Assembly (NCBI GenBank): GCA_951406725.2
Contig: OX597817.1
Location: 117,614,001 to 117,678,000 of the forward strand
Origin: Octopus vulgaris
Taxonomy: Eukaryota
Length of the DNA: 64,000 bases
Direction of reading: 5' to 3'
This document shows, one piece after another, positions 14,529-27,100 of this stretch. Numbering within the stretch: position 1 is the stretch's first letter; every line of letters starts with the position of its first letter. The notes beneath the pieces were generated by a model. It had not been told where the DNA came from. It was given only the letters and a program-made list of their open reading frames with translations, and did not search any database. A program made the position numbers and the translations under genes.

Positions 14529-14590
14529 CTGCGTATATATATTTATGTGTCTGTATATACATATACAGACACATAAATATATATACGCAG
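14529..14590. repeat. Perfect inverted repeat with 30-bp arms and a 2-nt loop
   Basis: ctgcgtatatatatttatgtgtctgtatat-ac-atatacagacacataaatatatatacgcag. Confidence 0.9.
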
Positions 14591-14997
14591 TCTTGTACAT
14601 GGGGTAAGAGAGTTAAATTGATGACGTCGGTGTCTAATATAAAGAGAGTTATTCTGAATATAACGTTTGCCGTTACTTCAAGTTTTTAAAGTGTATAGCC
14701 AATCTGTGAATAATTGTTTTGTAATGAAAATAAAATGTTTTAATCCAAGATTGCGTCACTGATTAATATTTGGATAGTTAACATATGCAACAATTTTTAT
14801 AGTAAAGAAGGCAGTAATCTTCTTCTGGAACGTGCTAGCTTCGTCATAGGAACCTCCTTGCTTGATTTAGTAGCAAAATATGAGGGAATTGGTTTCTTTA
14901 GCCACATTGTGGCATGTGGACCGTATATGAAATGTATCTCATAACTGGATGTATTTACATTATAGAATAGTTTGCTTAAATTTGAACTTATTTTTAA

Positions 14998-15215
14998 CTC
15001 TTTGGCATTTAATCTGATCATATCTGGCAAAAATATTCCAACTGTCGTATTGTTTAACTACCCAGATCTAAATATTCATACCTACCGTACAGTCATTCTG
15101 AAAATGCGCAACCACATCATCGAAATCTCGAAGCCACGAGATAATGCATGATTAGTTCAAAGCAATGTGAATAGATAAGTATTACATTTGAAAGGGTATT
15201 CTGAATGTTAAAGAG
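14998..15215. mobile_element. piggyBac-like MITE with TTAA TSD
   Basis: TTAA-ctctttggcatt ... aatgttaaagag-TTAA. Confidence 0.7.
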
Positions 15216-15569
15216 TTAAATATAAAATGACTTCCTCTACCAAAGTCTGCTGTAGTGAAATAGGCTATGCATTCGAGTGAAATAGACTTTGCATGAGACG
15301 TCCGGAAATAACTATCAGACAATGACTGAAACTAGAGGGATGATACATAAATAAAATAAATTTTACTGTATAAATGCACAAAAAAATTCACTTATATAAA
15401 CACACTCAAGAACATACACATGCATTCTTATACACACATATTTACATGTATATCTGCATATACATAATTACATCACTTATCAGATTATACTTCTTATATT
15501 ACATAGGAAAGCATTACGTCATTGGCAAATCATTCATTCAGCTACCATAAAAGGCCTTGAAAGTTTTGA

Positions 15570-15720
15570 GAGGAGGCAAGTCGATTACATCGATTCCAGT
15601 TCTCAACTGGTACTTTTTTCATCGACCCGGAAAGGATGAAACGAAAGTTCTCGCCGGAATTTGAACATAAAACGTAAAGACGGACAGTATCCTGTCAAGA
15701 ATTTTGTACGGCATGCTATC
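15570..15720 (-). mobile_element. SINE family B, degraded
   Basis: Reverse-complement match to the family B body. Confidence 0.75.
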
Positions 15721-17199
15721 ATTGACAACAAATGATGTATGCATCTATAACAAGTGTTCTACTCTCCATATGTCGAAATTTGAGTACCTACCAACAAAGA
15801 GGAGCATATTTAGTGAGACCTGTTTTTACCATATTTCCCTTTCTCTTAAGCATTTTCACTGCTTAAATAACCTTACCGTAGTAGCAGTTTTATCTATCTT
15901 TCTTTGAATAAAATATTTCACCGTGTTTTAATCAGAGCTAGTTATGTCTACGCCTCTGTAATTGGTTACTTGATCGCATTTCTTTCTTCATAGATATAAT
16001 CACATCTAGTTTTTGACCGGAAAAAATTCACTCATTGTATAAATTCTAATCTTGCTCTTGCATTTAAATTCAATATTTCTACTACCAAATGTGCGGGAAA
16101 CACCTGGAGAGCAATGTCAAATTTTAAAATAGATACTAAAACTTTAAGCATGCACCCTTCTAGTAACTGAAAGTATTTTAATATTTATGAACGCTTTAAG
16201 CCTAAGCATAACTATTTGTATTAATTTTCTATTAGTGAAACCCGTGCAAAATTAATTGAGCACTTAATCATTTTATAAGCATGTAATGAACCACAGAAAT
16301 ATAAAATGGGAAGAGATATTTGGAAGCAACATTTCCTGAATGTAAATGTTATGTCTATTAATCATTTCAAGTGATTCTAGATTCTGCATGTAAAAACAAC
16401 ACCGTGAGACTAGGTTACTGTTTCATTTTATTAATTTTCTTTGTCTAATTTAAATTGAAAAATCAATATAAATATATTCGTTGGTAATTATGAAATTAAG
16501 AAGCGCCAATATGGTTAATAATTAAAGTGTTGTAATTATCACTGAAGGCCGTAAATGGGACTTAATTATTCTAAAATATCCACGTATATATTCCTACATA
16601 GAATATTTTCGTATGGTCTTGTTATATGCTTCGTCATCGTTTCTGTTATAATGAGACATTTTAAAATGAAATTTAGATCTTTTACTACGTAGGGAGGGAT
16701 TTGAGGAATGTAGATATTTATTCTGTTCTTTCCGAGTGAAATTCAGGAGACAGAATCTATGTGGGAGCTTGTATGAACTCTACTTTTGTCCAGCCTTATT
16801 ATGCAAACTCTGCATGAGTTTAGGCTAATGGCACAGGATTACGAGGTATACTCAGTCACATAAACCTCGAAACTGATGCAAGGTCTGTATACGTATGTGC
16901 ATATATTTGTAAAAGTACAAATGCAGAAATTGAAAATTTTAGTAACAAAATACAATATAATTTGTTATACATTTTAGATCTGCTGATGTTGGTTTTATCA
17001 GAATTAGAATAGTTTCTTCGATTGTCCTTTCCATTAAAATTCACGAAGGAAAAGAGAGGACGGGAGAGAAATTTTTTAAAGATTGAACTCACATTCATGA
17101 CTTCTTCAGAAAGATATATTTGTTTTTATACTCGCAGACATGCAAGCAAGCACAAATATAGACATACGTGATATAACTTGATAATGAAAAAAATACAGG

Positions 17200-19280
17200 T
17201 TTTGAGATGATATGACCTACACAGTATTGATTGAGTGAATCCATGTTCAATGGAGAATGTTGATATCGTTGTTGCGAACCATAACCCAAAATGCATAAAA
17301 TTTCATTTGTGAAATGGTTTTCCGTGGTTGAAGATTAAACTTTGGCATGTCAATGCGATAGCCATCGTCACCATAGGGGAACAGTAATAAATATATTGGA
17401 GGGCATCATGCGCAGGATGAAGTTCATTAATTTTGAAGGCGCGAGTCTTGCCATTCAAGAACAATATGACGGTTTGAAGTACACTCATTGAGACTTGTTA
17501 TAAGCACCACAACTTCGTCTGTTTAGGGTTTGTTAAAGCAGCCCTGATGCTGTCCTGGTGGAGTGCAGTCACATCGAATGATAACCTTAAACTGATTGGT
17601 GTTAGCATCTGTACCCTTAAGAGCAATTTGAAAATGGCTACGTAGAGGTTTATGGTATGAAGCATATATTGAAGGGGCTGCAGAAGAGTTGGTCTAGTTC
17701 CTGTAGCAACTGAAGCTGTTCGTGCAATTTCCTTAGGTCCGTTCTCCATAAAGTAAATCTGCAGAAAGCTATGTTGATCGCCATCTTGTGGAATATGAGA
17801 GCCAATTTGGTGATAAACTTGGCTTTGTAATTTGAAGGTGGGCATGTAATTTCCATCTCTTTTTGGTGTATGACCAAAGCGTGTCATTTGGAAAACGGAA
17901 TTTTAGGCTCTTTTATTCCGAAGAAAGTGTTTAGAATCTGGATGGTCTGCAAGCAGTAAAGACTTCAAAGGTTCGATACCGACTTGTAAATGAGGCAAGT
18001 TAGCTATTCCATTGGAGCAGCATATACTGGCAGATTCTGCTGGCCACCTCATTAAATTACAATGAACGCAAACTGTAGACATGTTGCCAATGAGGATATG
18101 TGAGTGTGGTGCGTAGTCTTCATGGGGGCTGTATTGAAAGGCCTTGTTAGACCAGCAACTGGCAGAAATCCTCGAAAAGACATTAGAACGCATTTTACGC
18201 TGATAATCAGCCCCAAGCTTTGTGGCCCTTTGTCCAACAGTCTCTAAAGCACGGCTTTTTGAAGTAGAGGCAGTATCGCGAGCATGGCAGAGTTCTGCTT
18301 GTTGAGCTGTCTGTGACGCTCTGGTGACTGCAGTAGAAGCAGCATTGTGAGCACGCCAAAGCACACACTGCTCTTCCGTCTCGTTTGCTCGGAAGCATCA
18401 CAAAACGGAAGCATTTTTTGTTTTTCTGCCAATGTGTCTCTTGCTCTTTCGAGGCATCCTATCGGAACTCTGTAATTAAATGCAAACACGAAAACTTCAA
18501 ATGGGATATAGGGTTCGGCAATATGTGATGTTGATCGATAAAGAAGCAAAACTTGAGGATGAATAAGCTACTAGAACCGACCGAATAGTGTTTTTTTTAG
18601 AATGTAACTGATGGATTCGATCTGTGAAATTCTTAAAAACATAAGAAGAATTTGCCAAAATATCATTCAATTATGCTTACTGATAAAGAAATAACTCGTA
18701 ATTTGAAATGGTGATACTAATATTCCTTCTTCATGAAATGGAATTAAAGAATAAGTAATGGGAATGTACGTGTCACATTAAGTGAGTCACGCAAAAGTCG
18801 AAAAATACAGTTCATTTTTTGTCCTATGTAAGAAACTGTTAGCTAAAGTTTTAGATATTTGTCACCCAAATTTCCACGTTCAATTACCAACCAATTTGTC
18901 GTTTTCTACTGTCAATTGAATTTTGCTGTGAGAAAATATTCACAGAGTTGATTGATCGCCAATTAGTGCCATTTATTCGTTAAAGTTAATATTTTATTTT
19001 ATTTTTACTTAGTCAAAATAATTGATTTGTCTTCTTGCTCTTTTGAGTCAGCTTATTTATTAAACACAGAATGAAATGCCTGCACGCACGTGTTCGATTA
19101 CTGTTCATTCTAGAGTGATATCGATTTTTACTGTAATCGCATATGTTCTTTCATGAAATTTAACTGGTGCACCCACTGTGACGATTTTAACTATGTGTAA
19201 AATTTCAGCGCACTCAGTTGAAAAATACGGCTGTTATAATATTTTGCACACACACAGACAGAACGGAATTTATATAACAA
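17200..19280 (-). mobile_element. Helitron relic: 5' end plus N-terminal Rep/Helicase coding region, disrupted and 3'-truncated
   Basis: CVHCNLMRWPAESASICCSNG...HFLRNKRA*NSVFQMTRFG...PTFKLQSQVYHQIGS...FLQIYF, then INELHPAHDALQY; Helitron-style 5' terminus (tatataaa..ctgtctgtgtgtgt..gaaattt) near 19200-19280. Confidence 0.9.
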
Positions 19281-19386
19281 ATATGAAATTCTAGGTGTTT
19301 GAGAATGTCATTATATTTGTGTCAGTTTATGGACCAAGTGTGTTAATTTACAGAATAATATCTATCTATCTATCTATCTATCTATA

Positions 19387-19421
<35 letters not shown>

Positions 19422-19514
19422 ATATCTATCTGTCTGTCTGTCTGTTCATCTGTCTGTCTGTCCATCTGTCTGTCTATCTATCTTTCTATCAAACTATCTT
19501 TCTATTTATCAATA

Positions 19515-19605
<91 letters not shown>

Positions 19606-19619
19606 ATACATTAAAAGAA

Positions 19620-19797
19620 GGGGAAATAAAAGCAAGGCAGGACAAGCTTATCGGATCGTTTAGATTATTTTAATGGTGAATCGAAGTAAGCAAATGTAAA
19701 TACTAATGTATGAGTCAAAGTTTGCTTACTTCGATTCACCATTAAAATAATTTAAATGATCTGATAAGCTTTTCCTGTCTTGGTTTTGTTTTCCCTT
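19620..19797. repeat. Foldback inverted repeat with ~75-bp arms
   Basis: 19620-19694 is the reverse complement of 19721-19797 (aagtaagcaaa / tttgcttactt), with a few mismatches. Confidence 0.9.
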
Positions 19798-19890
19798 TCC
19801 ATATAATTTATATCTGCTGACTCGGAAATAGGCTATGGATCCCCTAACCTAGCCGCCGCTGTGAACTTGTATCCTAGTGCGTTATCATCT

Positions 19891-19950
19891 GGAGCTCTCA
19901 GACAGCGTACCTATTAGTGTGGAGCACTCAGACAGCGTACCTATTAGTGT
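19891..19950 (+). repeat. 30-bp tandem duplication
   Basis: ggagc(t/a)ctcagacagcgtacctattagtgt x2. Confidence 0.95.
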
Positions 19951-20059
19951 AGATCACCAGTAGTTTAAACCCTTCCTATTCTGTACGCACACTCACAAAG
20001 ACACGATTATCAATTTGTATTGCAAGATTCCTGATCTGAAATTGTGTATTGAAACAGAT

Positions 20060-20315
20060 ATTATATTTCGTGATGGTCATTTTTTTTTTGGCCAGATAAA
20101 CACACGCACTGTATATTTTTCTTTACTCATTTATTACTATTCTTATTTAATTTTTTTATTTTTATGTTAACTCATGTCCATTGTCCGGACAATAGACATG
20201 AATAACATAACAATCAAAAATAAAATAAAAACAGTAATAAACGAGTAAAAATAAAGTATATAGTGCATGTGGTTATTTGGCAAATAAAAAAAAATGACCA
20301 TCTCGAAATACAACA
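20060..20315. repeat. Spacerless foldback palindrome built from PLE-type 3' tails
   Basis: Centre TTGTCC|GGACAA at 20181-20192; outer arms resemble the PLE tail at 6050-6125. Confidence 0.85.
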
Positions 20316-20334
20316 ATATACATTTTTTTAAATT

Positions 20335-20672
20335 CTTTTATGTATTTCAGTCTCTTGACTACGGCAATGCTGGAGCACCGCCTTTAGTTGAGCAAATCGA
20401 CCCCAGGACTTATTCTTTGTAAGCCTGGTATTTATCTTATCAGTTATTTTGCCAGACTGCTAGGTTACGGGGTCGTAAACACACCAACATCAATTGTCAA
20501 GCGATGCTGGGGGAGGGGGGTTAAATGCAGACACACAAACACGTGCGCGCGCGCACATACACACACACACACATATATATATATTTCCGTCTACCAAATC
20601 CTCTCACAAGGCTTCGGTCGGCCAGAGGCTATAGTAGAAGACACCTGCCCAAGTTGCCACGTAGTGGGACTG
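20335..20672 (-). mobile_element. SINE family A, head truncated
   Basis: Matches other family A copies; stops at gtgggactg. Confidence 0.85.
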
Positions 20673-20680
20673 CTTTTATT

Positions 20681-21113
20681 TTAATTTTTATTATCATTTG
20701 TCCGACGAGTCCCCGGGAGATGAGTAAAGGGACAATCCCTGTGCAAACACAAACTGTCTCGCTGGGAATAGCGGCAGGTTTGGGGACTCTTTGCTTGAGA
20801 TATTGGTGGTTGTGGTGGTGTTGTAATAGAGTATGTATTATGGCGGTGGCTGTTGTAGTTTGTGGGGATAGAGCGTTTTGTCCCAGGTAAATGGGTGAAT
20901 TTGCAGTCAGTATCAGTGCATAATCTATGGCGGAGAGAATAACGGCAAATGATGGGGTTTCGAATGGGTGTGTGGGTGCGTGTATGAGTTGTGACATGTG
21001 TAGATGATAGTTTGTTGAGGTTTTGGCGACCTTTGTGACCTGTGGGAGGTAGAGTTCTTGAACAAGTAGTAGGAGGTATATTCCTTGAGGTAGTAGTGAT
21101 GGTAGTAGTAGTA

Positions 21114-21201
<88 letters not shown>

Positions 21202-21850
21202 GCAGAAGAGATGTTGACAGTGATGATGATTGAGGAGGTGGATTCCATGAGATAGCGGTAGACAAAGATGTTTTTCGATTGATAGTGGTTGTAGTACTAG
21301 TAATAGTAGGCATAGGAGATGATGTTGACAGTGATGATGATTGAGCTACTGGGGCACTGAAAAGAAGGGGTGGTGCTTCCTGCTGTGAAACCCTGTTGAC
21401 TGGGAGGGTCATTCTAAATGAATCAAAGAGTGATTCATACTGTTGTTGTTGTTGTTGTTGTTGCCACTTTGGTTGTTCTTCAGGTTGTTGTTGTTGATGC
21501 TTCTGAAGTTGTTGATGTTGCTGTAGCTGTTGTTGTTGTTGTTCAGGTTCTTGTTGAGGTTGTTGCTGTTGATGCTACTGAAGTTTTTGTTGTTGTTGCG
21601 CCGGTGATGCGTTCGAAGAGAAAACACATCCCAGTTTATCCAAGAGTTTATTGATTAATTTAAAAGCAACTTCGATTTGCTCTAATTTATTTTGTATCTG
21701 CTGTTCAGATCGAGTTTTCAAAAGGTGAACTGTCCGTTTAGAAATTTCGTTCAGACACGAAACACCTATGTTTTTCGTTTGGGTAAGGCAATGCCATATG
21801 TTTATTAGAACGTCGATTTCATTATCAGACCAGTTTTGATGGTTAGCCAT
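20681..21850 (-). pseudogene. Intronless ~389-codon frame: Myb/SANT-like domain + polyQ + polyT + two CCCH zinc fingers, with one in-frame TAG at 21575-21577
   Basis: ORFs 21575-21850 and 20681-21412 share one frame and the gap reads HQQQQPQQEPEQ...YESLFDSFR; N-terminal NWSDNEIDVLINIW..RSEQQIQNKL; fingers CRYSLRHRLCTDTDCKFTH and CRYSQRDSLCLHRDCPFTH. Confidence 0.75.
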
Positions 21851-22182
21851 TCTGGTGGATGTATTTTATTAAATTTTATTTTATTTGTTTGTTTTGTTGA
21901 TTATTTTTATTTATTTATTTTTTTGTGGGTTCCCTGATTCCTTGATAATTCCTGGAGAAGTATGTAGAATAGATTGTACAGAATGTTTGCTGTAATACTG
22001 AGAGATTTGTGATTGTATTTGAATTATGAATTTGCAGTTATTTTATCTTTCTCTTCTTTTTTTTTTCTAATGTTTAATGTGTGGGTGATCCTTCAGTTAT
22101 CAGAAGGTGTTGGACGAAGTGTATATATAAATAAATACTGTCACATAGGAGTGTGTGGTTTTGTTTATTTGGTTGTTTGAAA

Positions 22183-22221
22183 TTAATGACCGGCGGAGAG
22201 GAGTAAAAACACGCCTTTATA
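22183..22221 (-). promoter_or_regulatory. Candidate TATA box and initiator for the Myb-CCCH frame
   Basis: Minus strand TATAAAGG followed ~32 nt later by TCATT, ~335 nt upstream of the ATG (context ccagaATGG). Confidence 0.35.
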
Positions 22222-22323
22222 CTTCAACAATCAACGGGTATACTTAGGGTTTTCCCTCACCTGTTTTCGTCTTTTGTTTTCTGTAAATTCGAACTATATA
22301 TGTATACATACATATATACATAC

Positions 22324-22390
<67 letters not shown>

Positions 22391-22429
22391 ATGCATATAT
22401 ACGTACATATATGTACGTACCTACCTCTA

Positions 22430-22630
22430 CATGTATATATATACATACATATATGGGTACAGGACACAAAAAAACGTTGAACACAATGAGAAACGAAAAC
22501 ATAAACACAAAACCAAGGAAATGGACATTTTTTTAAACAACGAAAAAAAATGAGTACAGGACATACAAAACAAGGAAAATTCTCCTTCTTCAGTCGCCTT
22601 AATTTCATCTACTCCACGTTACACAAGAAT
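22430..22630 (-). mobile_element. PLE-type 3' tail fragment (same family as 53600-53830)
   Basis: Shared ggagtaga..(c/t)tga(a/t)gaagg..tgtcctgt..ccatatatg. Confidence 0.5.
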
Positions 22631-23074
22631 GTAACAAGAACGAAACAATAAAAAAGTGGTCAACACGTGTGCAATAAGGAAACGAAAGAACATGCAGTGA
22701 ATACAGAATAAATGCTGAAAGAATGTTTATGTCATAATGATAATATCGTAAAATATGCAAAATCCTGTAATTCTTTTTGACTTCTTTGTTTTCATTTTGG
22801 TGGTGGGGTTTAAAAAAAGAAACTTTTCGTGTGTTGAAAAAATGTGTTGGAATGTATTCGGAACACAAAGCATTGATATGACAATGAGAGAGCCTCTGCA
22901 ACAGTATAACTTCTTAAAGACATTATGTTGTTACAAATAATAGCCTTTTCTCTTTGTCTCTCCCATCATCTCTCCCTTACCTCTGTATATATATGTGTGT
23001 GTGTGTGTATGTGTGTGTGCGCGTGTTTGTGTATACTCAAATACACAAACATACACACACACACATGTATTCTT

Positions 23075-23465
23075 GAATTCTTTTACTTGATTTAATCATT
23101 TGATTGCGGCCATACTAGAGCACCGCTTCGCTTTTAGTCGAAGAAATCTACTCCCGAACTTATTCTTTGTAAGCCTAGTACTTATTCTATCTGCCTCTTT
23201 CACCAAACTGCTAAGTCACAAGGACCTAAACACACCAGCGTCGGTTATCAAGCGATGGTGGTGAGACAACGACAGACACACAGAAATATATATATATATA
23301 TATATCTACGATGGGCTTCTTTCAGTATCCCTATACCATATCCTCTGACAAGAGTTTCATTTTATCGGCTCGAAGTTATATAGTATAAGACAATATCTGT
23401 AAGTGCCACGCAGCACCATGTGGTTGGGTAGAAAGCTTTTTACTACACAACCATGCCTACGCCTA
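23075..23465 (-). mobile_element. SINE family A
   Basis: Full match including head and internal microsatellite. Confidence 0.85.
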
Positions 23466-23658
23466 TATAAAAGAAAGTATGCTTAGCAGAGCGTAGTTTC
23501 GAACGGCAAGCACTGGGTTACGAGCCCAGCACGCTTTCACTGCGCCACTCTGCTGTCACTTTACTACATACATACATACATACATAAATACATACATAAA
23601 AAAAATAACACATGCATATATATATATATGTGTGTGTGTGTGTACGTACGTATGTATG

Positions 23659-23689
<31 letters not shown>

Positions 23690-25199
23690 GTACGTACGTA
23701 CGTATGTATGGATGGATGTATGTATATATCCATGCACGTCCGTATGTACGAATGTTCGTATGAGAGCATATATAACACAGGAAATGAGGGTTATCTGGGG
23801 GTTGCTTCTTTGTCTTGAGATGATATATACTAGATTTTGAATAAATAACTGTATCAGATTTCCTTTGTTTCATTATTTCAATTTCATATACCTAAGAAAT
23901 CTTTCGTTTAAGTCTTTCATCATCATTAATTTAATTAGAAAGTTTCTTTCTCTAATAACTGCGTATATGAAGGCATGCATGTGTGTGGGTATCAGTGTGT
24001 GTGTGTGCGTGTGTGCGTATGTCTGTCTGTCTTGAGTAGGTCTACTATTATGATTGTTATTAAGATAATTGTTTGGCAGAATGTTTACAGTGTCTGACAA
24101 AATGCCTTGCTTTGTTTACTCCGTTCTCAATTCAAATTTCACCAGAGCCGAATTCTCCTTTCAACCATGTGTAGTTCGTAAAATAAGGGAGGAGTTAATG
24201 CAAAGTAAACATGCCTTCCAAGCATGTAGAAATTGTGGCTAATTTTCTACTTATTTATGATAGTATTTGTGCATATGCTTCGTTTGAGAGATAATCGCAT
24301 GTGCCATTTCAGATTTACACAAAAATGTGAAAGTATTTCTGGAGATATTCTCCTAAGTAAAGCGCAGTTTTTCTTCTGTGACACACAGGATAGATACATG
24401 CACTCAATATCGTTTAAAAAAATACCGAACCCCATCACTAGGTGAAATATAACGCAACATAAATTCAGAAAGCAAGTTTAATAGTGTGTGTGAGTACAAA
24501 GTAGAAATTTCATTGATTGATCTTACGAATTTTGGCTCTAATGTAGCAGAAAATGGTAAGAAAGAACATTAGGTATTCTAGCTTTGTGTTATTTTATTTT
24601 ATTTGATTATATTATCATATTGCCATAAAGTATTTGCACTAGAACATTTATTCACACTTTGCCTTAGCTTCTTACACTTCTGCATATTTTTCTACTATAG
24701 ATGTTATTCGCACATCCTGTTTCTTTACTTTCCATGTTAACAATGTAAAGTAACCAAAGAGATGATGAAACAAGAGAAAAGACTAGGTCAACACAAAGGA
24801 AGCGAGAAAGAGAGAGAGAGGGTGAGGCCGCGGTGCAAAACCTGGAGATAAGAGAAAGCATGCGACAATCCCAACAAATAAAAAGGAAAGGCACGTCTAT
24901 GTGATATCTATGTTAGCAAAATTGCAAGTCAAAAAATGTAATAATATGAACTGTAAATAGCTCGCTGATTATTTGAGACAACATCGTGAGAGAAGTCCAC
25001 CGAAGTAACCTGGCCGAAAAATAGCAGATAGAAAATGAGTTGGAACTTCGAGAACGACCTCGTGTGCTTTGGGAAAATTTGACCGAAATAAAGTAGCTTC
25101 ATTGGAGAAATGAACGTTAGAAAATTGGACGTCAGAAAAATCTGGATGATATCAGGCGTTGAAATTCGAAAAAGAGCCTCTAAACCATAGCTATAACGA

Positions 25200-27100
25200 T
25201 ACTGTACAACTCTGTTCCCTGAAAGTTTACCGTAATGTGCTCAAACTATTCTTTGATGCGAATAATTATGATGCAAATAAGTCTCGGAAAAATAAGTAAC
25301 TTTTCAGTTATTCCGTTTCCTTTCATTCATTTGACCTGGTCACTAGTGCTACGGAAAAAAAAAATTCATTTAGTTTTAGAATGTCAGAACATGAATATCA
25401 TTCTAAATCCACCTGTTATCGGGTAAAATGATCATCCAGTTTATGCGAAATGCGTATGTTGTATGCTAAATAAGCTTCATAATAGCTGTTAGAAGCACAT
25501 CCAAATATAAAATGTTTCTGTAGTATGATACAGTAAATGAAATGACTTTTCCCAGCCCATACGATGAACTAAACAGAAACTATACGTTTGTTAGAATTGC
25601 CTGAGCAGGTGTATTTATTTAGAGGAAATACTGATTCACCTATGCGTATACAGTACTAGAAACGAAGCGTTGACATCAGAGGATACGATTCTCTTATGAT
25701 CAGTCAAACAACTACCATTTTTATTGACAAAAATCTAGCATTCCATGCAGAAAATAGAGGCATATTTTATGCAAGAAATACACCACCAACTGGATTCTTT
25801 TAACATTTATCTTTCCATATTCCCCACTATGGTATTTTGTTTATATTATGTTTTCTAATAGTGAGTTCGATTTGCACATTGATATGCAGCATGTTGAATA
25901 ACAAATTACCCGGCTTCCAAATTAAGTGAATAATAATGAGTGCTGCAGTTATCATCTTGCATAAAAAGGTTATTTCAGTTTCACAGATTAGGAAATCTTG
26001 TTTAACAATATTTAGCCAATGCATAAATCAAGATTGATGTATTCTGTTTAGTGTTTGTAAGAATCTGAGAATCTCATCTACGTGTTCAACAATAACATGA
26101 ACTCAGGGATAACCCTCCAGATGGAGAAGACCAATATACTTTAAGGATACTAACACTTTAAATTATGTAAATCCCAAACTGTCGGAAATTATAAGTTGAA
26201 GTTATCACTCAAAATTTATAAACTTCATTGTTAGAGAATTCTACACTGATGTTTTTAATAAACCGAGACATATCAATAGATGTCTCATATCTGCAAGCAT
26301 GGATTAGACTTGCCTTGTTTTATCAAGGCAAAGTAACGGTGAGAAATTAAGTTTTAACTTCTTGAAATTATATTCATTTTCTTCAAAAATCCTTATAACA
26401 ATTGCCAGCAGGCTTTTGGATTTTCTCCAACTAACGGAGAAATTTTAATTAAGAATATTTCCTTGCAGCAACAAATTTCTCACCAAAACCATTTTTAACA
26501 TTTTCTATTGGCTAATTCAAGGTAGTTAGATAAGATTAGATATTGGCTTCTCTCAATTTCCTAAATTTTCTGCAGTTAGCTAAAATGTTCTGCTTCATTA
26601 CATAGTTTGTACTGGTTTGTGATGGAGGGGGGGCATTAATCCCGTGACTCAGTCAATTATCCTTCTATCGTAGCAATCATGAATGAAGCCGAAAATTCTG
26701 CGAAGAAATAAATTTTTGCTTCAATTTTCCAGTTTGTTAAGCAGGTTTCAATATTCTCCACGAAGTGAAGCTTTGTCCGTCGTTTTAGTCTTGCATTCTC
26801 AAACATTTAAGCAAGGTTTCTAGCTTTTAGATGGTATCATTTGAAGTCGAACTTCCCTCTTTCTCACCGTCTGCAATTTCAGCTTTCTCTTGTTTTTCTA
26901 AATATTTTTGACGATTTTCCATTATTAGTTTGTTGATATTTTTGGAAGATTCTTTTGAAGATATGCAATATTTTCCCTAAGAAATTTATCCCACTGGTGT
27001 CATGGAACCAGTGGGTCTCGTGGGAAATATAATCATTCTGTAACAGATTTCGTGCAGTGTATTCCAAACATTGTCATTAATCCTCTTGTTATCTGTCTAA
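25200..27100 (-). pseudogene. Very old DNA transposase relic, possibly Chapaev/CMC-like
   Basis: Scattered motifs in plausible order: KCL.CKTK, QDFLIC, FSAWNAR, IHLL; judged by eye. Confidence 0.35.

Noticed and set aside
19891-19950. CRISPR-like 30-bp repeat
   Set aside because: Two directly adjacent copies without spacers, no cas genes, eukaryotic context.
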